From NCBI GenBank assembly GCA_963815115.1, contig CAWFFN010000005.1, positions 320,001 through 384,000 on the forward strand: a stretch of DNA of 64,000 bases, read 5' to 3'. Below the pieces are notes generated by a model. The model was not told the DNA's origin. It was given only the letters and a program-made list of their open reading frames with translations, and searched no databases. The stretch comes from an uncultured delta proteobacterium. GTDB taxonomy: Bacteria > Desulfobacterota > Binatia > DP-6. The position numbers were made by a program, and so were the translations under genes. Below are positions 57,628-64,000 of this stretch, in pieces. Positions within the stretch are counted from its first letter, which is position 1, and every line of letters begins with the position of its first letter.

Positions 57628-59181
57628 TCAGGTCGCGAGTGCGGGGTCCAGGGCGTGCCGGCCCGCCGCCCACGGGCTCTCGGCCGCGCCGAGCTCTGGA
57701 TCCCACATGTCGAGCTTCTGCATGACGGACACGATGTGCTTGTACGTCACCAGGGCGGAGAACACGGCGTTCAGTCCCGACGGCTTTTCCTTCCACCGGC
57801 GCAGGACCCGGAGCGGGATGCGTCGGAACTCCGGTCCCATCGACCCGAACGCCCGCAGCAGGTGCGTGTAGAACTCGGCGCCGTCGTCCTCGCCGAGCCC
57901 GTACACGACCCGACCGGAGTCGGGCCACACCTCGCAGAGCCCCAGCACACGCTGGCCGAAATGGGCCGGGTGGTACAGGCGATTGAGCAGCCAGCGCGTG
58001 CCGTGGCGTAGCTGGTCGGCGGTCATCAGCTTGGGCACGATGTTGGTCCCGGAATAGTGGTCGAAGTCGGGACGATCGACGAGCCGACCGTCCGCCCGGA
58101 GGCGCGCCTCGAGCGGAGTCCCCGCGGGCGCGTTCAGCATCCCGGTGCTGCAGATCGGCACGTTGGCGGCCTGCAGGAACTCGAACTGCTCGCGAAACGC
58201 GTCGGTGGTGTCGTGGTCGAAGCCGACGATCATCCCCGCCTGGACGCAGACGCCCCGGGCCTGCAGCTCGTGGATGCTCTCGAGCAGGTCGCGGGCGAGG
58301 TTCTGCCGCTTCTTGGCCTCCGCGAGCGCCGCCTTGTTGGGCGACTCGATGCCGACGAACGCCACGTTCAGGCCCGCCGCGGCGCACAGGTCCACGACCT
58401 CGGGATCGCGCACGATGTCGATCGAGAGCTGGGTCGAGAAGATCACCGGCTCCGCGCGGTCCCCGTTCCAGTCGCGGAGCGCGGTGAGGATCTCCGTCGC
58501 CTTCTTGCGGTTGACGGTGAAGTTGTCGTCCGAGAGGAAGATGGAGCGATACCCGTAGCCGTACAGCGTGTCCGCCTCGGCGAGGATCTGCTCGACCGCC
58601 TTGTGGCGGATGCGGCGGCCGAGATACACGATGACGTCGCAGAACTCGCACTCGAACGGGCATCCGCGGCTCGTCTGGATGACGCCGATCGTGTAGCGGT
58701 CGTTGCGCAGGAGATCCATGCGCGGCGGGGGCGAGAGGGCGAAGTCGATCTTCTCGGGCTGGGCGTAGTGGTCGCGGTGCCGCCCGGCCCGGAAGTCGTC
58801 GAGGAACGCCGGCCAGGTGAGCTCGGCCTCGCCGGTGAAGAGGATGTCGCAGTAGGGGCGGCAGCGCTCCGGGCTCAGCGAGGCGAACGGACCGCCGATC
58901 GCGACCAGCCGCCCGCGCTCGCGGAACATCCGCGCGAGCTCGACCATGCGCCGGCTCTGGCTGACGTAGCCGGTGATCCCGACCAGGTCGCACGGCAAGT
59001 CCAGGTCCACGGCCTCGACCGTCTCGTCACAGATCACCACCTCGACGTCCTTCGGCGTCAGCGCCGCCAGCGTCGGCGGCGCGAGGTTCGGGATGTATCC
59101 CGGCTTGCCGGTGATGTCGGCCGCTTCCGAGAGGCTCCAGAAGCTCGCCTGCAGCCCGGGATTCACGAGGTAGACGCGCAC
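57628..59181 (-). CDS. B12-binding domain radical SAM protein (DUF4070-like)
   Basis: PNLAPPTLAALTP, GGPFASL, TGEAE, SRGCPFECEFCD, LSDDNF, GIESP, GMIVGFD.D. Confidence 0.92.
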   Translation of the reverse strand: MRVYLVNPGLQASFWSLSEAADITGKPGYIPNLAPPTLAALTPKDVEVVICDETVEAVDLDLPCDLVGITGYVSQSRRMVELARMFRERGRLVAIGGPFASLSPERCRPYCDILFTGEAELTWPAFLDDFRAGRHRDHYAQPEKIDFALSPPPRMDLLRNDRYTIGVIQTSRGCPFECEFCDVIVYLGRRIRHKAVEQILAEADTLYGYGYRSIFLSDDNFTVNRKKATEILTALRDWNGDRAEPVIFSTQLSIDIVRDPEVVDLCAAAGLNVAFVGIESPNKAALAEAKKRQNLARDLLESIHELQARGVCVQAGMIVGFDHDTTDAFREQFEFLQAANVPICSTGMLNAPAGTPLEARLRADGRLVDRPDFDHYSGTNIVPKLMTADQLRHGTRWLLNRLYHPAHFGQRVLGLCEVWPDSGRVVYGLGEDDGAEFYTHLLRAFGSMGPEFRRIPLRVLRRWKEKPSGLNAVFSALVTYKHIVSVMQKLDMWDPELGAAESPWAAGRHALDPALAT

Positions 59182-59193
59182 GGTGCACCTCCG

Positions 59194-59940
59194 TTACATC
59201 GCGAGTCCGCCGTCGACGTGCACGACCGCACCCGTCACGTAGCGGGCGGCGGGGGAGAGCAGAAACGCCGCCACCGGCGCGACGTCCTCGGGCTCGCCGA
59301 AGCGCCGCATGGGAATCAGCTCGGTCGCCTGGCGCTCGTACTCCGGCTTCAGTCCGGCCGTCATGTCCGTCCGGATGAACCCGAGGGCCAGGGCGTTGAC
59401 GGTGATGTCGAGCCGCCCGACCTCCTTCGCCAGCGCCTTGGTGAAGCCGATGACGCCCGCCTTCGACGCCGAGTAGTTCGCCTGACCGGGCATGCCGACG
59501 ATGCCACTCACCGAGGTCACGTTGAGGATGCGGCCGCTCTTGGCCTTCATCATGGGCGTGATCACGGCGCGACAGAAGTTGAACACCCCGGTCAGGTTGG
59601 TGTCGAGCACGTCCTTCCAGTCGTCGGCCTTCATCATCATGAGGAGCTTGTCCTTCGTGATGCCCGCGTTGTTCACGAGGGCGTGGATCTCCCCCAGCTC
59701 GCTGCGGGCGCGCGCGATCATCTCCCGGACGCGCTCGAGATCGGCCGAATCCACCTGGGCCGCGAGCGATCGGACGCCCAGGGCGTCGAGTTCGCTCGTC
59801 AGCGTCTCGGCGAGGTCGGCGCGGCTGCGATAGGAGAACGCCACGCTGCACCCTTGCCGGGCGAGCTCCAGGGCGATGGCGCGCCCGATGCCCCGCGTCG
59901 CTCCCGTCACGACGGCGACTCTGCCCTCGAACGTGCTCAC
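59194..59940 (-). CDS. fabG: 3-oxoacyl-ACP reductase
   Basis: TGATRGIG, VNNAGITKDKL..MM, GQANYSASKAG, VDGGL. Confidence 0.9.
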   Translation of the reverse strand: MSTFEGRVAVVTGATRGIGRAIALELARQGCSVAFSYRSRADLAETLTSELDALGVRSLAAQVDSADLERVREMIARARSELGEIHALVNNAGITKDKLLMMMKADDWKDVLDTNLTGVFNFCRAVITPMMKAKSGRILNVTSVSGIVGMPGQANYSASKAGVIGFTKALAKEVGRLDITVNALALGFIRTDMTAGLKPEYERQATELIPMRRFGEPEDVAPVAAFLLSPAARYVTGAVVHVDGGLAM

Positions 59941-60692
59941 GAGCTGCCATTCCCCGAGCGCTCCGCGATCTGCTCGCCGACGAGCGCCGCGAAGGCTTCC
60001 GTCTCGCGGCGGAGGCCGTCGGCGCCGCCATCGGTCAGGAAGCATTCCTTGAGCGCTCTCACCGCCGCCGCGGGCTTCGCGGAGAGGTCGCGGGCCATCT
60101 CCCCGGCGGTCGCCAGCACGCGGTCTCGCGGCACGAGCCGGTCGACGAGCCCCCAGGCCAGCGCCGTCTCGGCCCGGATCATCCGTCCGAGGTACAGCAT
60201 CTCCTTGGCCCGTCCGACGCCGATGAAGCGGGCGAGGCGCTGGGTCGCCCCGAGGCCCGGAATGATGCCGTGCTTCAGCTCGGGCATGCTGAAGTACGCC
60301 ACCTCCGAGGCGACCCGGAGGTCGCACACCAGCGCGAGCTCGAGGCCCCCGCCGATGGCGACGCCGTTGATGGCGGCGATCAGCGGCTTCGGATAGGCCT
60401 CGATGCGCGAGTAGATGCGCTGGAACCTTTCGAACAGCGTCATGCGCTCCTCGTGTCCGAGGCCCGCCATCTCCTCGCCGAAGAGCTGCTGCAGATCGCC
60501 GCCGGTGCAGAACGCGTTGCGGATCCCGCCGGTGAGGATGACCGCAGCGACGGCAGGGTCGTCCTTCCAGGCCTCCAGCGCCGTGACGATCTCGTCCAGC
60601 ACCTGGCCGTTGATGGCATTGATCGGCGGTCGCATCAGGGTGACGGTGCCCACCCCGTCCTCGTGCGCGACCGACAGGTGATGAAATCCCAT
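59937..60692 (-). CDS. Enoyl-CoA hydratase (crotonase) with both catalytic Glu
   Basis: AFCTGGDL, GGGLELALVCD, FSMPELKHGIIPG. Confidence 0.9.
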   Translation of the reverse strand: MGFHHLSVAHEDGVGTVTLMRPPINAINGQVLDEIVTALEAWKDDPAVAAVILTGGIRNAFCTGGDLQQLFGEEMAGLGHEERMTLFERFQRIYSRIEAYPKPLIAAINGVAIGGGLELALVCDLRVASEVAYFSMPELKHGIIPGLGATQRLARFIGVGRAKEMLYLGRMIRAETALAWGLVDRLVPRDRVLATAGEMARDLSAKPAAAVRALKECFLTDGGADGLRRETEAFAALVGEQIAERSGNGSS

Positions 60693-60694
60693 GC

Positions 60695-61915
60695 CTATTC
60701 GCTCCCCACGACGAGACACGCCGAGCTGGCCTGCGGATCGAGCGATGGCACCAGGACGGTGCGCACCGCCCGGGCGAGCGGGCCGGACACGAGGGCCAGC
60801 GGCCCGATCTCCGGATCGACCTCCGTCGTGTTGATCGTCGGCGGGATCGTGCCCGACTCGAGCGCGACGAGCGCGGCAGCGGTCTGCAGCGCGCCCGACG
60901 CCCCCATGCATTCGCCCAGCATCGACTTGACCGCCGTCACCGGGACATCGGGTCCGAGGAGCCGTCCGATCGCCGCCCCCTCGACGAAGTCGGCCTCGCG
61001 GCTCGAGCTGGCGGATGCGCTGACCAGGTCGACGGACCGGGGCGCAACGCCGGCACGCTCGAGCGCCAGGCTCATCACGGCTTTCACGGAGTCCGCCGCG
61101 CGCCGTCCGCCGGTGAAGAGCGACCCGTAGCCAGCCACGGTTCCCCGGATGCGCGCGCCTCGTTTGCGGGCCACGTCCCGGTTCTCGAGGACGAAGAGAT
61201 AGCAGCCCTCACCGAGGACGAACCCTCTCCGCCGCCGGTCGTAGGGCACGCTGAGCCCTGCCGCCTCGCCTCGCGCGAGCCGACCCTCGTCGGCTGCGAG
61301 CAGGAAGGCATCGAGGGAGAGCTGCTCCATGCCGCCGGCGACCACGCGGGTCGCCTGTCCCGAGCGGATCATGCCCGCCGCGGTGCCGAGCGCGTCGGCG
61401 CTGGACGCGAATCCCGAGGACACCGTGTTGATGCAGGCCTGGAGCCTGGACCGCACGGCGGCGAAGTTGGTCGCGGAATTGAGCGCCGCGTCGAACCCCT
61501 CCATGGGAAGCAGGTCGGCTGGATCATGAGTCAGTATCTTCTGCGTGTAGTCGGTGGTCTGAGGAAAGTTGCCGTGCGCGGTCCCGACGATGAGCCCGGT
61601 CTCGGCCCGCGTCTCCTCGCCGTCCTCCAGCCCGGCGTCCTGGAGCGCCTGCTGCACCGCGACGGCCAGAAGCCGCGTCCCGCGCATGACGTACTTGATG
61701 CCCTTGCCGCCCAGCCGCTCGTCCGCACGCAGGTCGCGCACCTCGGCGCCCACCCGTACCGGCGACGCCGAGAGGTCGAGCGTCGTCACGGGACCGATCG
61801 CCGAGGCGCCACGGCGAAGATTCGCCGAGAACTCCTCCCAGGCGCAACCCAGCGGCGAGACGACGCCCACGCCCGTGATGACGACGTGCAGGGATGTCCT
61901 CGCCTCGGCGCTCAT
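60695..61915 (-). CDS. Non-catalytic ketosynthase / chain-length-factor-like subunit
   Basis: VVITGVG, GFVLGEG, KSMLGE; active-site Cys replaced (SSGFASS), HGTGT replaced by SASSS, second His replaced by E. Confidence 0.85.
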   Translation of the reverse strand: MSAEARTSLHVVITGVGVVSPLGCAWEEFSANLRRGASAIGPVTTLDLSASPVRVGAEVRDLRADERLGGKGIKYVMRGTRLLAVAVQQALQDAGLEDGEETRAETGLIVGTAHGNFPQTTDYTQKILTHDPADLLPMEGFDAALNSATNFAAVRSRLQACINTVSSGFASSADALGTAAGMIRSGQATRVVAGGMEQLSLDAFLLAADEGRLARGEAAGLSVPYDRRRRGFVLGEGCYLFVLENRDVARKRGARIRGTVAGYGSLFTGGRRAADSVKAVMSLALERAGVAPRSVDLVSASASSSREADFVEGAAIGRLLGPDVPVTAVKSMLGECMGASGALQTAAALVALESGTIPPTINTTEVDPEIGPLALVSGPLARAVRTVLVPSLDPQASSACLVVGSE

Positions 61916-63090
61916 GCCTTCGTGAAGACGACGACGGCGTTGTTGCCGCCGAAGGCGAACGAGTTGTTCATCACCGCACGGAGCGCGAGCGGGCGTGCGG
62001 CGTTCGGGACGCAGTCGACGGGGCAGTCCGGGTCGGGGGTCTGGTAGTTGATGGTGGGAGGGACGACTCCGTCCCGCAGCGCCAGGCAGCACACCACGGA
62101 CTCGATGGCGCTGGCCGCTCCCATGGAATGGCCGATCATCGACTTGACCGAGCTCACCGGGAGGCGGCCGGCCCGGTCGCCGAACACGGCGCGCAGCGCC
62201 ACGGCTTCGGCCCGGTCGTTCGCCGGTGTCCCGGTGCCGTGCGCGCTCACGTAGTCGATGTCGTCGGGCGCCAGCCCGGCGGCGCGGAGCGCGGCGCGCA
62301 TCGCCCGGATGGCCCCTGCGCCCGACGGATCGGGCGACGTCACGTGGAAGCCGTCCGCGCTCAGCCCGTACCCCTTCACCTCGGCGTAGGCCGGCGCTCC
62401 CCGCTCGGCGGCGTGCTCGCGCGACTCGAGCACGAGCATCCCCGCGCCCTCGCCGATCATCAGACCGCGGCGGTTCCGGTCGAACGGCTGGCAGTGCTCG
62501 GCGGCCAGAGAACGGAGGTTGTGGAAGTACGTGAACTCCGTCTGCGCGAAGACGTCGACCCCGCCGACGACCATCGCGTCCACCTCGCCTCGCCGGATGA
62601 GATCACACCCGGAGGCGAGGGCATGATTCCCGGAGGAGCACGCGTTCACGGACAGGAGATGGGGTCCGCCGGTGCCGAGCCGGTCCGCCAGCGCGCCCAG
62701 GATGGTGGAGAGGGGATAGGTGCGGGTGACCGCCGGCGTGAAGCCGTTCGCCTTGGTTGCCGGGTCGGCGCGCAGCGCCGCCTCGAAGGTCTTCAGATCG
62801 CCCCCGAGCGTGCCGACGACCACCCCCACACGCTCCGCGCCCGTGCGGCCCACGTCGAGCCCGGCGTCCCGGACCGCCTCGCTCGCGGCCGTGCCCGCCA
62901 GCTCGTGCGGGGTGGTCTCGAGCGCGAGCTCGCGGATGACGTGGCCCCGGTGCACCTTGTAGGCCGTCGTGTCGAAGTAGGGGATCTCGCCGGCGCCTTC
63001 CCGACCGGCGAGCATCGCCTTCCACGCCGCATCGGTACCGACTCCGACGGAGGTGACGAGGCCGACGCCGGTGACGACGACTCCTGACAT
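61912..63090 (-). CDS. fabF: Beta-ketoacyl-ACP synthase (FabF-like / type II KS-alpha)
   Basis: NACSSG, HGTGT, KSMIGHSMGAA, NNSFAFGGNN; intact Cys-His-His triad. Confidence 0.9.
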   Translation of the reverse strand: MSGVVVTGVGLVTSVGVGTDAAWKAMLAGREGAGEIPYFDTTAYKVHRGHVIRELALETTPHELAGTAASEAVRDAGLDVGRTGAERVGVVVGTLGGDLKTFEAALRADPATKANGFTPAVTRTYPLSTILGALADRLGTGGPHLLSVNACSSGNHALASGCDLIRRGEVDAMVVGGVDVFAQTEFTYFHNLRSLAAEHCQPFDRNRRGLMIGEGAGMLVLESREHAAERGAPAYAEVKGYGLSADGFHVTSPDPSGAGAIRAMRAALRAAGLAPDDIDYVSAHGTGTPANDRAEAVALRAVFGDRAGRLPVSSVKSMIGHSMGAASAIESVVCCLALRDGVVPPTINYQTPDPDCPVDCVPNAARPLALRAVMNNSFAFGGNNAVVVFTKA

Positions 63091-63335
63091 CTAGGAGACC
63101 GACCCAAGACGGCGTCTCGGGTCGGATCCGGAGGCGAGCGCAGCGCGCTCGGTAGCACGCACGACCTGCATGTCGCGGCCGGCAACGCCGGCGCGACACT
63201 CTCGGCACGCCCGTGTCCGCCTCGTTTGCCGCGCCAGCTTTGCTGGCCGCGGCATGGCGGTCGCCCATGCCACCATACGTCTCATGTCCACTTTTCCTCT
63301 CCGACCCAAGACGCAGTCCTGGGTCGGCCTTCTAG
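63091..63335. mobile_element. MITE-like element with CTAG flanks and terminal inverted repeats
   Basis: Left CTAGGAGACCGACCCAAGAC versus right (reverse complement) CTAGAAGGCCGACCCAGGAC; each end has a CCGACCCAAGAC..GTCYYGGGTCGG hairpin. Confidence 0.75.
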
Positions 63336-64000
63336 GCGGTGGCGTGCTCCTGCCGGTAGCGCCACAGCGCGCGGTCGTACTCGCCGGAGTCCCGCAGGTC
63401 CTTCGCGTTCTGGATGAGGTGCCGGAAGACCAGCTGCCAGTCGAGGTTCACGCGAAACGCGAAGTACGCCGCCGCCAGGTTGCCCAGCACCTCGCGAGCG
63501 CGGGCGAACCGCCGGCGCAGGACCTCCGTGGTGTAGAGGCGCTCGTAGAGGTGCTCGAGCCCCGCGATGAAGTCGTCCAGCGGCATGCTCTTCAGCAGGT
63601 AGAGGAGGTGATGCGCGGTGCCGTACTGCCAGTCCTGCGGGAAGCGGTTGCGGAACAGCCGCCCCTCGGCCTGCAGGCGCTCGTAGAAGCGCGTTCCCGG
63701 GGCCGGGGTCTCGATCCCGCAGGTCATGATGTCGATGTCGTTGTCGAGGACGAAGTCGGCGACGCGATCGAACACCTCGGGGCTCTCCGTGTCGGTCCCG
63801 AAGATCATCGTGCCCCAGACCGCCAGGCCGTGGTGGTGGATGCGCTCGATGGCGCGTCGATAGTCGCCCCCCGTGGCCTTCAGGTTGAACTTCTTGTTGA
63901 GGAGCTGGAGGGTCGCGGCCTCGAGCGACTCGAATCCGATCAGCATCCCCACGCTGCCGGACTGCGCCATCCAGTGCAGGACCTCGTCGTCCTCGGCGAT
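63332..64000 (-). CDS. B12-type radical SAM protein, C-terminal part (partial at window edge)
   Basis: LIGFESL, GTMIFGTD, TPAPGTRFYERL..EGR; same C-terminal pattern as the other two rSAMs in the window. Confidence 0.82.
   Translation of the reverse strand: MAEDDEVLHWMAQSGSVGMLIGFESLEAATLQLLNKKFNLKATGGDYRRAIERIHHHGLAVWGTMIFGTDTESPEVFDRVADFVLDNDIDIMTCGIETPAPGTRFYERLQAEGRLFRNRFPQDWQYGTAHHLLYLLKSMPLDDFIAGLEHLYERLYTTEVLRRRFARAREVLGNLAAAYFAFRVNLDWQLVFRHLIQNAKDLRDSGEYDRALWRYRQEHATA

Overview
A very GC-rich, gene-dense bacterial chromosomal segment with about 50 CDS. I found no rRNA, tRNA or CRISPR array. The gene content is dominated by lipid and CoA catabolism (four crotonases, SDRs, acyl-CoA dehydrogenase, CaiB, tandem MaoC, DUF1329), Cys-rich secreted proteins, a MoxR-DUF58-vWA operon and three B12-binding radical SAM genes. 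This content suggests a Candidatus Binatia / deltaproteobacteria-like soil organism, which is inference only. Highlights: (1) the distal end of a type II FAS/PKS-like operon at the right edge (B12-rSAM, active KS, dead KS/CLF, crotonase, FabG, B12-rSAM), similar in make-up to ladderane-like lipid clusters, with a CTAG-flanked MITE inserted exactly at a stop/start junction. (2) An orphan BtrR/StsC-type aminocyclitol aminotransferase that lacks an in-frame start and is coupled to a flippase-like membrane protein. (3) A cupredoxin / haem-c / outer-membrane-barrel trio behind a Fur-like box, with no FTR1. (4) A diverged non-coding direct repeat flanking a two-gene cassette, one copy carrying an IS1202/ISNCY-like end. 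(5) A GH19 peptidoglycan hydrolase with a candidate immunity partner. (6) Several apparent pseudo-enzymes and short gene remnants. All family assignments come from motif recognition by eye; no database search was run.
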